DNA from: Podarcis liolepis
Lineage: Eukaryota
Length of the DNA stretch: 64,000 bases
Assembly: GCA_965112155.1 (NCBI GenBank)
Contig: OZ218101.1
Reading direction: 5' to 3' (one strand)
Positions 25,244 to 38,747 of the stretch are shown here, in pieces. The translations under genes were made by a program, and so were the position numbers. Position 1 is the first letter of the stretch, and each line of letters begins with the position of its first letter. The notes below the pieces were generated by a model. It searched no databases, was not told the DNA's origin, and saw only the letters and a list, made by a program, of their open reading frames with translations.

Positions 25244-26095
25244 CCCTAAAGGTACCACAGTCCTCGCTGTGCTTCATTTCCAAAAGGAAGCACAAACCTT
25301 GGGTAAGTGCTCAGAGATTGGGGTGGCATTCAACAATACACAATAGCCCTCCTACTTTTCAGTTCAGTAGGTGATGGTAGCTACTGAGAGTTGAACTATT
25401 TTAGGGTAGATTTAATCCTATTGGTAAAACTTAAGAAACCAGACAACCCATCTATGCCGCTTTGCCTAGCGATACTTGCCCTTAAGTTCCAGGATAAGGA
25501 GCGACAGGTAAGTACTCTACAAGGAGCAAATGCCTAGGGCCTGATTCAAAAGAAAGTTATACGTGATAAAGAGAAGAACTGTTAGTTTTTCCTGTGCTCA
25601 ATTTTTGTTTTTACTGCAACAATTCCTTATGCTGACAAAGCAGCCCACTGTTCTTTTTCAAGCCTTCTTTATTGTTTCATTATTCTTATTATTTTTTAAA
25701 AAAAGTTTTTTATACAAGAAGTAAAAAACATCCAGGAAGGAAATAAAACGAAGTCATCTGAACTGCTGAGGTTAAAACAACGGACAAAGCTCTAGATACC
25801 TATTTTGTTCTCCTCTTCAGACACATCATCTTTTTGTGATTTTACCTTGAGTACGTAACAGGTTAGGAAGCTGCCTTGCTACACATTATATAAGGAAAAT
25901 CCCATGCACACATTTTAGTCAAATTAATGCTTATTGGGTGCTAGGAAGCTGCAACAGATTTTCAAAAACAAGCAGACGTTCAGAACATCCAACAGATATG
26001 TTAGACGCAGTGGAGGGTGGTCCCTTTGGCCGAGTGGCACATTGCCCCATCAACCCTACTCTGTCTTCAGCCAGACTCCACTGTCTTCCCTCTTA

Positions 26096-26346
26096 CAGTG
26101 GTACCTTGGTTTAAGAACAGCTTAGTTTATGAACAACTTGGATTAAAAACGCTGCAAACCCGGAAGTAGGTGCTTTGGTTTGTGAGCTTTGCCTTGGAAG
26201 CAGAACATGTTCCTCTTCCTGTAGAGTGTGTTCCATTTGTAAACTGATTCCCCGCTGCTATGGGATAGCACACCTTGGTTTAAGAACACTTTGGTTTAAG
26301 AACGGACTTCCGGAATGGATTTAGTTCGTAAACCAAAGTACCACTG
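26096..26346. mobile_element. Tigger-like MITE
   Basis: TIRs cagtggtaccttggttta / taaaccaaagtaccactg; TA on the left. Confidence 0.85.
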
Positions 26347-26746
26347 CACTTGTAGCCAGTCCAGGGGATCACACTGTGTGCCAGCTTCCTTCTCCTTAGT
26401 CTCTCCTGCCCTTGTGGAACTCATCAGGGAGGAGACAAAACTAGAAATAGGTGTCATTGGCTTTGGTTCTACCTGCCTCCCTGCTTCCTGCCCTACAAGT
26501 CCCAATGGTTGAACACTGCACAGAGTCCTCAACCAGGGTTTTCCCCTCCCCAATGTGAAAATATGGAGGACACTGATCTTTGCAGAGTTGACTGAACAGT
26601 CTAGTTCCCTGCCAGTTGTGCACGTGTTTTTATGTTGAATGTGTGTTTGTGCGCATTCACACACAAACACACACACATACCCCTCCCCAAATTTCCAGTT
26701 GTGTGCTGCAGCGCACAGTCAATTCCTTGTGTAATTCACTGACACA

Positions 26747-26985
26747 GGATGTAATGGTGAGAGTGGTTAAAGGGCTGGACTAGGAATAGAAAGACTGAAG
26801 TTCAAATTCCCACTCAGTCATAAAGTGCACTGAGTGACCTTGGGACAAACACTGGGTGACCTCGGGACAAACACTCTCTTGTAGCCTAACCTATTTAAGA
26901 GGGTTATTGTAAGGGCAGAGCCATGTATGCTGCCTTGATATCTTTGAAGGAAAGGCAGCATATAACAATAAATGAAAGTAATAAA
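26747..26985 (+). mobile_element. MIR/CORE-type SINE remnant with an internal ~22-bp tandem duplication
   Basis: gtggttaaagggctggactagga...gttcaaattccc...gtgaccttgggacaaacact (twice)...gggttattgtaaggg. Confidence 0.6.
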
Positions 26986-28264
26986 TGAAAAAGGTATTTG
27001 GACAAATGCATGCAGGAGCAGATTGATCATAGTAGGAGCCATGATAGCTAAAAAGAACCTTTGTGTGGAGTCAGTATGTACTGGGGATAAGTAACATGGG
27101 ATGGCACACCAGTCATTATTAATTGACTTTTGGTGACCTTCTAGAGCATGGGAAGGGACCTGTAGTACTCCAAATAATGTTGGACTCCAACTCACATGCA
27201 CTGCAGTCAGGCGTTGGTCCAAGAAACATCTAGAAGGTGACAGTTCTCCACCTCTGTTGTTGAGGTAACAGGCTGGCTACCATTGGATGGCATGTTGGAA
27301 CTGATAGACCTTGGTCTGCCTGAGCAAAGCCAGTAATATGTTCATACCGCACTGAATTAGGAACTGAGAGAATGCCATGATAAAATGTCCCCTCGGATTA
27401 TATTAATCTGCATTCAAGACAGACAGATAACTGCACATCATCTCTCTTGAAAGGCTTGACAAGAGATTGCAAGGCATCATGGCAAATAAGAGATCAGTGT
27501 GAAGGACAGAAATGTGATATCCGCGCAGAGAGTTTTGGTGGGGAGTCCTGCTGTCTGCTCCAGCCACTCTGGACTCTGTCCAAGTGCATATCTACAGCAA
27601 GTGACTTTGTAGCTCAAGCTGTAAAAGTGGCTGCCTGACCTCAGAGGTCAGCAGCTCAATGCCTAGTCTTGCAGCCTGTCGGAAGGTATTATCTGTAATG
27701 GAAGCTTCTCTGGGATTGGCACTGTGTCAGTGTAGCTCTTAAAGCTGAAGCTATGGATATTTTGATTCTCTCTCTCTCTTTCTCTGAGATGCTTCTTCAT
27801 ATGTTAAAATTTCCTAATCAGCTTTCAGTATAGGAAAAAGCTTACACAACACTGCAACCTTTGAAGCGGGGTGTAAGTGTTGTTGTTTTCATCGCAAGGA
27901 GACAAGCAGATCGGGCAGCCAATATGTGTTGTCATCAAGTCTTTCTGCAGCAGGCTAGTAGTATCTGATTGGGCAAACATGTCAACAGCCTGTGCAAGGG
28001 AGGATCAATACAGGAAAGGTGAAGGCAGCTGGAGGTATCCCTTCCAGCCTGCAAAAACCTGTCTACAAGAAGGGAGCGAGGGAACTGTGGAGATGGATTG
28101 AAAGAAGAATTTAAAGAAACAATTCAGCCAGAGGTGCCCTGAAATCAACAGCTATAGTTGGTCAGGTGTTATCTATGCCACAGAAAGATGCTGCACTATG
28201 TGGGACTTTGTCAGAAATTAAAATGGGGTCATTTATGTAGGGAGGGGTGATGGTGGAATCTGCT

Positions 28265-28445
28265 CCATACCAAGTCATAAAACTGCTCCATCAAGTCCAG
28301 TACTGTCTGAACTGACTGGCAGCGGTTCGCCAGAGTTTTTAGGCAGTAATTTTTCCCAGTCCCACCTGGGTATGTCAGGTATTGAACCGGGGACTTTTTG
28401 AATGCAAATCATATACTTAACCACTGAGCTATGGACCTTCCCTCA
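28265..28445 (-). mobile_element. Older tRNA-derived SINE, family of 18730-18910
   Basis: Reverse complement shows head gaaggtccatagctcagtggttaag...ggttcaatacc and the shared body. Confidence 0.65.
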
Positions 28446-29539
28446 ACCCTATATTATAACTGATCAAACAATGTGTGTAGAATAGTCCTTATATTTTTGT
28501 ATGGCTGGAGAAATGTTTGCAGCAGTTCTCATTCATATCTACAGGAGTTCCTCCTTAAAACTGAAAGAGGAATAAGGGGTGAAAGATGGATTGCTAATAG
28601 CTTCTTGTTTGGTCGGAGCTCTTCCCTTAATGTACATGCAAGAAAGGTTCTGAAAGCACCATCTTGGCAGTGTTAAAAGCATCTTAAACTTCATATTTCA
28701 CTCCCTAAAGGCAAAGACTAGAGTCAGATGGAAGGTGATTCATATATCAATATGTCTCCTAGACTGCATTGTGGAATCTTCAATTTCTCGCTACAGGTGG
28801 CCTCACAAGCTGTGCAAGACTTTAATAAGGGGAAGACCACCAGAGGCTATGTATCCATTTTCAGGCCTAACATCTGATTGTCTCCTCATACTCAGGAAAC
28901 AAGGGCTCAGCTCTGAAATACAGATGGAGAAAATTGTTTAACTCAGAAAGACACTCAAGGAATTCAGGATAAACAAAGCCACAAACTGAAAATGCCTATG
29001 TCTCAGAATGTGCAAAAATAATAATAACACTGCACTGTTGCACTGAAGCAGGCTCCTGATAAAGATAAAGAAGGCCCGAATGGAAAGATAAAGGGCATTT
29101 TGTGCAGAGAATGGGCTCAGAAGCATACCATTCAAAAGCAGCACTGCTTGAATAAGCACAATTGTTTGCATTGTTCATGCAATTCATATGCTAGAGCTGA
29201 AATTTGTTGCAACTGTTATCACTATGAATAATGTTAACAAACAAAGTGAAAACTACTCCATGGGCAGATCCGTGCAGATGAAAATGGGTGTGAATAGCTC
29301 ATACACATCATTTTCTCCCTTACGAGTCTGTGAATTGAATCTTCCCGAGTCCAGGGGCTGCATTACCCAGAGGTATGCATACAAATGCTAAGGCTATTTC
29401 ATACTAGTTTAGCAAATCAGTGTTTTAAGAAGAAGAACAAAGTCTCCATACAAGTAGTAAGTATAAGTCTCTGTGTACGCCTTCAAAAATTACACACACA
29501 CATAAGAACATGCACACCCAAGGTATCATTTGAATTATA

Positions 29540-29850
29540 TTTTATTAAATTTCAACATTTTTAATATATACAGTTTTATATTTTCTCTAATTTTTATTGA
29601 CTTCCCACCCCTTTTCCCATGAAGTCCCCCCCTTCTGCTGCACCTGTCTTCTATCAAATCAGAACCACAGTAATATAATCTAATAACTTCTGTCTCATAG
29701 CTCAAATCCTGCTCGTGAATTCAACATACAATAATATTTCTTTAAATAGTCCAAAAAAGGCATCTATTCTTCCATTTAAAAACCTTCATCATTAGATTTT
29801 TAAAAAACCTTGTAAAAAAATCGCTCTGTTGTCAAATGGCCATAATCCTT
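29540..29850 (-). mobile_element. Old degenerate L1 3' end
   Basis: Minus strand near 29735-29778 translates MEE*MPFLDYLKK, like the L1 ORF2 terminus. A C-rich tract and tttatt lie to the left. Confidence 0.55.
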
Positions 29851-31556
29851 TGCATTTGGGATACCTAGAAATCTCAAAAGGTCCCAACAGTAACGCAATT
29901 CATGTGCAATTTCTTCTGAGACTGGCTGCTACCCTGTAGCCGCTTACCTGGGAGTAAGGTTCACTGAACCAAATGATTCATAATAGATATGTATGGGATT
30001 GTGCTACAACAGGGATAGGGAAACTGTGGTTCTCCAGATGTTTACAAACTTTTTTAAAAAATGTACCCCATCCTTTCAATGAATCTCAGAAGGCCACTGG
30101 ACAAAATGTTATTTACTGCAGATAATATAACTGGTTTGCTACCACATTCTGCATTCGTTTGAACTTCTGGAACTGACATAACCTACTATCTTATTCTTGT
30201 CTTGCTTTCCTAGCAGAGAAATTATTCCTCTGGTTACTTGTACAGTCCTATTTTTATATATGCTTCAGGTAACTTTGAAACTCGCAGAGTCACACATCCT
30301 CAAAAGAGGGTCTTACAGCCTTGCTCCAAAATAAAATAATTGACTCCTAAACACTTTTTCCTTTTGTAGGACAAGTATTTAATCCAAGACATTATCACAT
30401 TTGCATATCCAGGTTCAAAGGATACTGTGAGCCAGACAGGTCAACAGCTGGTTAGCAAGTACAATAAGGAAATAGGATATTTCATATTTTGAATTTTTTG
30501 TCCTGCCATACTCTTGTGTCCCACAGGATGCTTTAAAATATAACCTTATCTAATATTACAATCCTAGCTTTGCCTGGAAGTAAGTCCCATTGATCAAAGT
30601 GGAATTTATATCTGAGTAAATTTCTGAATAAGATTGTGCTGCAATTTTACCCTGACAGCAATTTTGTTTGGCAAAATCATATTAAGGTGCACAGTCCAGG
30701 TGAAGTATTTTGAATACAACTGTGGTTTGTGCCAGGTTTTCCTTTGTTTCTTAATTTGGTTTCTGACACTGCCTGTGATCGCAGAGACAACAGAGACTGT
30801 TTTCAATGTAAACCCATGTGAATACTATTTAATTTTCCCAGAATGCTTCAGATGCTTCTAGGCTAGAGACAGGGAACAAGTGACCCTCCAGATGAATGGG
30901 GAGCTAGAGTCCAAGATCTGACAGGCCACAAATACTCCCCGTCCAATTTCCAGTCATGTTTCAGCTGATACCACAAGAAATGGTGGCCCCCATGGTTAGC
31001 TACTTAAAAAAAAGATTATAGCTGCCATTCCTCCTCCCAATATGTCATGAAACAATGCACAATCCAAGTCTTTATGGGCAAACAATATGGCAACTGCTAA
31101 AGGAGGTAAGACCCCGATTACCCCCAAATGAGTGACAAATGCTTACAAATGAGATAATAAAAATGATCTCACCCATATCAGTTCATTACTCTTAGTGTTA
31201 GTTTCCTGAAGAGTAAAACTGAGTGCCATAGCCCCCATTCAGTTGAAAATTTCATCCATTATGAAATGGACGCATGTTCTTAATTCCCATTACAGTGACA
31301 AAGCAGAGACAAATCAGCTTCCCAAAATAGTTGTTGAAAATCTTCCCATTTTTAATGAAAATTGGAAGCATACAGTTGGTTTGCTCTGAGTTCTGCCACT
31401 TTCCCATCTAGCTTAATTTTGTCTGTACCTACCGGCAGTAGCTTTCCAGGGCTTCGGGATCTTTTCCCCAGTCCTAGCTGGAAATGCTGTGGATTGAACC
31501 TGAAACTTTCTCCACACAAAATATATGCTTTACCTCTGATCTACAGCCCTTCTACA

Positions 31557-31855
31557 GCCAGTGTGGTGTAGTGGTTAAGAGCGGTAGTCACGTAATCTGG
31601 GAAACCGGGTTCGTGTCTCCGCTCCTCCACATGCAGCTACTGGGTGACCTTGGGCCAGTCACACTTCTGTGAAGTCTCTCAGCCCCACTCACCTCACAGA
31701 GTGTTTGTTGTGGGGGAGGAAGGGAAAGGAGAATGTTAGCCGCTTTGAGACTCCTGAAGGGGAGTGAAAGGCGGGATATCAAATCCAAACTCTTCTCTTC
31801 TTCTTCTTCTTCTTCTTCTTCTTCTTCTTCTTCTTCTTCTTCTTCTTCTTCTTCT
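31557..31855 (+). mobile_element. tRNA-derived SINE with (TTC)n tail (Squam3-like)
   Basis: A box tggtgtagtgg, B-box-like ggttcg, CORE-like gggtgaccttgggccagtcac, then ggatatcaaatccaaac(tct)n. Three copies in the window. Confidence 0.85.
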
Positions 31856-33066
31856 CCAAGTTAATTCACACCCATGAAGGCTGCAATCTTGTGAACACTT
31901 ACCATAAAGTAAGTCTCTCTCAGAATATGGAAGCTTATTTCCAAATATATATTTTAAAAACTAGGCTATGCAGTTGTTTTGCTGATGAATCAGCTCATTA
32001 ACTAGCACAAACCTACACACACACACTTGTATTTATAACTGCTGAGCTTATCTGTGTTAAAACATGCAAAGAAGTAGGCTGTATCATTACAGGTCCTAAA
32101 AATATTAGTCAGAGTTGTGAATGAGAATCTCATAAATGCAAAGAATCTGGTTTTTGTTACCAATTTCTAGCTTTAAAGCATTCCTTGACAGTGCATTAAA
32201 AAAACCCTATGAAATCTAAAGTGTGCTGTATTACCGCCTGCATCTGTAACTATGGTGCCATTTCTAAACATAGTAACTTGTTTTCCAAAGGCTTCTAGAC
32301 CTTTTCACATGATTTCTTCCTGCCCTTGTTAATTTCTGCCCCCACTCCGCCCTGCCTCATTTAGTGTGCCTATCTATAACCGCTGCTACAGCTGTATTGT
32401 TCTTCCACTCTAAGAAGCACCTCTTATATTAGTTTCTTGCTTCTCACCTTCTTCTTGCAAATTAAAGACGATTTAATCTTTATCCTCCTGGTATGGCACT
32501 TTTACCTCATCTAGCTACCTCTCAGAGGCTTTTGAAAATGAATTCTAAAACTCCTTTTCCCTGGAGTTTATCTGGGGCTTCAGCTCCTATCAGTATCCTA
32601 TGGGCGGGGTATAAATAATAAATTATTATTATTATTATTATTACTACTACTACTACTCCTCCATTTTGGTCTCTTTGCCAGTGATAATCATTTGACTGAT
32701 TCAGCCCCTTTTATAGCCTAGGTGGATTTGGAAAGATTTATTCTTTGTTGTCCCTGTTTCCTTCAAGGAGGTTGCATCAAGAAGCAGCTGGCAGTAATCA
32801 GTTCAATTCGCTTGACTTGAAATGTTGTTACTTAATAATTTCACAGCCTGATCTTCAAGCTACCTGGGTAAATCATACCCCACTGAAATGAATGGGCAGA
32901 TCACTTGGTGCATCAGAGCTGGAATCATTAAAGCATCACATATTTCAAGACCTCAGATTTTTCCTCAGACCTACATGTAGCAAGAGTTTAGCTCCCATTC
33001 TCACACACTGAAATGAATGAGGCACAAAAGTGCTCAACTTTGGGTGCATCATGCTGCTTAATAATA

Positions 33067-33316
33067 CAGTTGTACCTTGGATCCTGAATGCCTTGGTACT
33101 CGGACGTTTTGGCTCCTGAACGCTGCAAACCCAGAAGTTAGTGCCCCGGTTTGCGAACGTTCTTTGGAACCTGAATGTCGGACGGGGCTTCCACAGCTTC
33201 CAATTGGATGCAGGACCTTCCTGCAGACAATCAGAAGCCACGCTTTGGTTTCCGAATGTTTTGGAGGTCGAACGGACTTCCGGAACGAATTCCGTTCGAC
33301 TTCCGAGGTACGACTG
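33067..33316. mobile_element. Tigger-like MITE
   Basis: ta|cagttgtaccttgga ... tccgaggtacgactg|ta. Confidence 0.85.
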
Positions 33317-34302
33317 TAATCTCTTTCATTTGAATTTAAATATATCCAGTTATTTACTCATGGCAGGTAGATCATGGTAGTCCATGGACTATCGGCATTG
33401 CGTTTTGAAAATTATACAGCAGAGAAGGTTGAAAGAAGAAAACTACCAGGTAAGGCATGACACTATGGTGCAATTATCAAGAATCTATGGAACATATAGC
33501 TAAAGCAGGAACAATACATAAGAAGAGCCCTGCCAGATTAGGCCAAAGCGTCATATAGATGATCTAGTCCAGCATGCTCTTCCCACAGCGGACAGCTGGA
33601 TGCCAGTGGATAGACCACAAACAAGACCTGAGTATGATAGAATTCTCCACCTGTGGTTTAAGCAAGCCATCTTTGTGTTTCTATATAAAAATAATGTATC
33701 AATATTTACCTCTTTGGAACTAGCTAAGTTTTGTTGTTTGTCTTTTCTTGCTGCTGTATGGAAAAGCACATAAATCTGACCTTTGAAGAGTTTGTAAGTA
33801 AACCATTTTAACTTACCAAACATGTGGTCTCTTTCTATGCTAAGGGAAGTGGGGAACTTTGGAAGCAACTCAGAAGGGGTCTAACAGTCTGTATTTCCAT
33901 GCTTTTCTTTGTTGTGTATTTCGTGATTTTAAATCTCTGCTAGGGCTCACTCATGGAGGGAAAAACTTACCCCAAATCTGAATCTAGGCATCCAGGGAAT
34001 TCTCCTTTTTATACATCTTTCCTTACAAAACCAAATTAACCAACAAAATTTTGCACCAGATATGTGCACCATTTAAAAATTAATTGCAGGAATCAATTGT
34101 TACTATTGTTGTGACTATAGACAAGACAGAATTGTAAGTAATCAACTGACAACATAAACTCAGAGTAGCAAATACCATGGAGTTGCCAGTTAGGAGCTTC
34201 TCAATGACAGAATGTGTGTGTGTGTGCACATGCTACCCATCAAACTCAGTTCATGCTACAGGCTGAACCTTTTTGTAGCATCTGCAAGATTTCAGGTGAT
34301 AA

Positions 34303-35246
34303 TTTTTTTTTAATATGATATTTATTAAGGTTTCAAAGAAAAGAATTACATGAATTTTAAAAAAAGAAGAAAAAGAAAGACAAAACTAAAAATAAAAGAA
34401 AAAAATACAAAATACAAAAAAGATAAAAAACACTTAAAAAATACATCAGTCTTTCCATACCTTACATTCATTTCCTTGTTTCCCTGACCTCCTCACGCCT
34501 CCCTTTTTTGTATTCCAATTCAGTTAGTTAATTCAGCAATTTCTTTCCCTCTTTGTTTTTATCTTAGTCCTTTAATATAATATATTATAACTTTGGATTC
34601 TCACCTGTTAACAATCCATTTTTACATACACCTTTATAACATTGCTGCTTAAACCACTTAACTTCATTCTGACATCATTCTAACATTTATTAATTTTGCA
34701 ATATTTCTGTAAATAGTCTTTAAATTTCTTCCAATCTTCTTCCACTGACTCTTCTCCCTGGTCTCGGATTCTGCCAGTCATTTCCGCCAATTCCATGTAG
34801 TCCATCACCTTCATCTGCCATTCTTCCAGACTGGGTAGATCTTGTGTCTTCCAATACTTTGCAATAAGTATTCTTGCTGCTGTTGTGGCGTACATAAAAA
34901 AAGTTCTGTCCTTCTTTGGCAACATTTGGCCGACCATGCCCAGGAGAAAGGCCTCTGGTTTCTTCAGAAAGGTATATTTAAACACCCTTTTCATTTCATT
35001 ATAAATCATCTCCCAGAAAGCCTTAATCCTTGGGAACATCCACCAAAGGTGAAGGAATGTACCTTCAGTTTCATTACATTTCCAACATTTATTATCGGGC
35101 AAATGATAGATTTTTGCAAGCTTGACTGGTGTCATGTACCACCTGTATATCATTTTCATAATATTCTTTCTTAAGGCATTACATGCTGTGAATTTCATAC
35201 CTGTGGTCCATAACTGTTCCCAGTCAGCCATCATTATGTTATGTCC
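34303..35246 (-). mobile_element. 5'-truncated L1 of a sister subfamily (ORF2 C-terminus plus 3'UTR)
   Basis: ORF 34680-35270 closely matches the ORF2p C-terminus (YRWYMTPVKLAKIYHL, CWKC..HLWW). TSD agatttcaggtgataa at 34287-34302 and 35247-35262. T-run and tttatt at the left end. Confidence 0.95.
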
Positions 35247-36750
35247 AGATTTCAGGTGATAAATATACACTCTGATTAATGCATGAGGTAATCACAGATG
35301 ACAATGGCATATGTTACATTTAAATATCCAGGAAGATCACTTTGACACATTTTAAAATGCAAATAATATTTTCCTTGTTTGCCAGTGTGCAGATAGAAGA
35401 CCTTCCTCTCTGAAGTTAAGCAGTAGAGATCATGTACACCTCTAAGAAATCTATCAAAGATAATAATAATAGATCACAGATGTGGCTGAGATTAGGGTGG
35501 CCACCTGTTCCATTCATTAACCCTAACACTTTATATCAAGAGTTTTAAATACAAGAAGTGAGCCACATCACAGTACTTTGAAACATTGCACTTGCAATTG
35601 GGCTATTAGTATTGAAGATACCGCTCACTGTGCCATGTTTGTGGGACCGTGCCTTCAGAGACATTTTTTAGTGGAGGGGATTTTTCTCCCAATTGGAGAA
35701 GATTATTACCTTTAACTACAAGCTGGCTGAGGTTCATTTTTATTTCTATTTTTTACACCAAAAGCCTTGCTACTGCTTCAAGCAGCATTTGACTGTTCTT
35801 AGCAGCTTGTGACTAGGTTCCTGAGAGAAGCCAAGCAGATGTTGAAAGTGGTGGCAAGACTTTATATATTCAGTATTCAGTGGAACACTGAAGGCCTTTG
35901 TTATAATTTCAAGCAATCTTTTTAACTGAGTTATGATTTTATAGTTCTGTTGCATTTTTAGTCTTATTGTATTTAGAGATGACTGTAACGAAGAAGTATA
36001 CAAACTGTTGAAGAAAAAAATATAAAAGTAAACAAATACTGTCTGTGCAGAGTTAGGCACACGAGGAGCTCTGTTTTAGAGGGGTTAGGTAGACCTAACT
36101 CTTCATTGGGTCAGAATGCTCTTGCTATTGAAGATAAGAGGCATATGAAATATATTTGAAATCCAATTTTACAGCTCTGACTTGACATCAGAAGTGGCAA
36201 GAAGTGGCTACCCTACCTGCAGCAAGTATCACAGGAAACAGAAGCAGTGTGCTTTGGCAAAGAGCTGGCTCTAATGCCTGATACTAATCAAGTCTGCTCA
36301 GTTATGGGCTCACACACTAGTACACAATAATGGAATTACTCAGGCCAATTATCTCTGATTTAGATTCAAGCAAATTATGGGACTCAAAGTATATGGAACG
36401 ATATAATCTCAATTAGCAGAATACGATAAATGGCTGGAACCAACAGAAACCATTGATGTCTAACAGAAGAGCTCTTGATTAAATGTTATCCAATATGCCC
36501 TTGAAGGGCATCCAGTCTTATTCATGACCAAAAGGTACCAGTGGAAAGGAATAGCTTTGATTGTAGCTATTTCTTGTTACACAGATGAGAAGTGAGGTTT
36601 CATTTGTTTGTTGTTCTTTTGTTTACTGCTAAAAACACAAACAATACTTGCATATTTTATGCATATTATACGCATATTCACTATTAGTTTCCTGAACTAA
36701 TCAAGGCATTAGCAGATAAATAGAAGAACACATTTAACTATATAAAGATA

Positions 36751-37122
36751 AAAAAGGTAAAGGTAAAGGACCCCTGACAGTAAAGTCTAGTCGCGAACGA
36801 CTCTGGAGTTGCGGCGCTCATCTTGCTTTACTGGCCAAGGGAGCTGACATTTGTCCACAGACAGTTTTTCTGGGTCATGTGGCCAGCATGACTAAGCCGC
36901 TTCTGGTGAAACCGGAGCAGCACCCGGAAACACCGTTTACCTTCCTGCCAGAGCGGTACCTTTTTATCTACTTGCACTTTGATGTGCTTTCAAATTGCTA
37001 GGTTGGTAGGAGCAGGGACCGAGGTACGGGAGCTCACCCCGTCATGGGGATTCGAACCGCTGACCTTCCGATCAGCAACCCCTAGGCTCAGTAGTTTAGA
37101 CCACAGTGCCACCCACATCCAT
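36751..37122 (-). mobile_element. Sauria-type SINE, full length
   Basis: (ACCTTT)n tail and tRNA-like A/B boxes. TSD ctatataaagata at 36738-36750 and 37123-37135. Confidence 0.92.
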
Positions 37123-37488
37123 CTATATAAAGATACTTACATATTAATAACTTATAAAATGATGTTGCAGAAATAAGAGTACCACATGGGGCTTAACTCT
37201 TTTATACATGTTAGATGTATAATACATGTGTTTTTTTATGTATGGTCGCTCATGGTTTGTTTATTTATTTAAAGTGCACAAGCAGTTCAGACATAAGGAG
37301 GTGTTTGACGCAAGAGGAGGTCTGATGCACGCATAGTCTGATCAGGTCAAAAGCACAAAATGATAGGAACAGAGTCGAGGATAGCCAAACAGGTGGTAAT
37401 TCGGTTCTTTGATCAACATGAAAAATGATCATATTCAAAGGAGAGCGGAGTTCCTGTTCCTTTCATAGTTGCATAGAGGAAGGAATTT

Positions 37489-37630
37489 GGGTTGGATAGC
37501 TCAGTTGGAGAGCATGAGATTCTTAATCTCAGAGCAATGGGTTCAAGCCCCACGTTGGGCAAAAGATTCCTGCATTGCAGGGAGTTGGACTAGATGACCC
37601 TCGTAGTCCCATGCTACAGTTTTATTATTT
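37489..37630 (+). mobile_element. tRNA-Lys(CTT)-derived SINE with CR1-type tail
   Basis: Head tagctcagttggagagcatgagattcttaatctcag...gggttcaagccccacgttgggc resembles tRNA-Lys(CTT) with mismatches. Followed by gcagggagttggactagatgaccctc, like a CR1 3' end. Confidence 0.8.
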
Positions 37631-38449
37631 TAGATGACGCTTGCAATGTCAAGCAGGAAAAGGGGGTGGGGACAACGACAACACCTCTTCTACAGGTACA
37701 GGAATCCTGCATTCCTTTACATCCGGTCACCATGAATCTTCACCTGCCATGAAAGAGAACCAAATAAGATCAATAGCAGTCAGCAAGGTAGTAATGCTCA
37801 GCTGACCTTCTGTCACCAATATCACTGCTGTTTACCGGGAGACAGATCAATGGAATAAGACTTACTGAATTTCTGAGCAATTGTTACCTGCAAAGCCAAG
37901 TGGGATAGGGGGACGCATTTCAACGACCCAGTTCTTATCCAGTACCACGTTCTGCTTGTGCTCCTGCATATTTGGACAGTTTTGTGCATCTTCTCAATCC
38001 ATTCCATGCTCTGCTTATGTTTGCTCCAGGGTTCTGCTCCATTTTAGTATCTGACACAGTCCATTCTGTCCCTTAAAGCCTGTGTAATTTTTTTCCAAGG
38101 CCTTCTCTCATTGACTAATGAGCCCCACGGAGAGTCAATCACTCAAAGCATACAACCTCTCTTTTGCAGTATAAGCTTTTGTCTGTGTTTCAAACAAAGT
38201 TGGGCTTAGACTTGATATCCTTTTTGAGAGCACTTGGAGGACTCCTATTTGTCAGATAACAAACCCCTTGGTGATCAGCTTACTGTCTTATCTTAAAATA
38301 TTTGCTTTTTTTCCAAAGAAAAGAAAAGGAAATAGCTAGCATGCCACCTGCTTTTGTAACTAGAATTGCGCTGAACCAGCAACATTGTTGTCTAGTCAAA
38401 ACAGGGCACTCCTTTCATGCTCCCTGTGGCATTCCATGGCAATGAGAGA

Positions 38450-38703
38450 GCCAGTATGGTGTAGTCGTTAAGAGCGGTAGCCTCGTAATCTGGGGAACCG
38501 GGTTCGCATCTCCGCTCCTCCACATGCAGCTGCTGGGTGACCTTGGGCCAGTCACACTTCTCTGAAGTTTCTCAGCCTCACTCACCTCACAGAGTGTTTG
38601 TTGTGGGGGAGGAAGGGAAAGGAGAATGTTAGCCGCTTTGAGACTCCTTAAAGGGAGTGAAAGGAGTGATATCAAATCCAAACTCCTCTTCTTCCTCTTC
38701 TTC
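38450..38703 (+). mobile_element. tRNA-derived SINE with (TTC)n tail (Squam3-like)
   Basis: Closely similar to 31557-31855. Confidence 0.85.
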
Positions 38704-38747
38704 AATGGCAAATTGTTTGAGCATATATTGTGATACATGGCTTTGAG

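Noticed and set aside
37489-37561. tRNA-Lys(CTT) gene
   Set aside because: Stem mismatches and a D-arm deletion, and it runs straight into a CR1-like tail, so it is a SINE head.
37887-38078. Minus-strand exon candidate ending CAG|gtaaca
   Set aside because: Weak acceptor, stops in all full-length frames, and no recognisable peptide.
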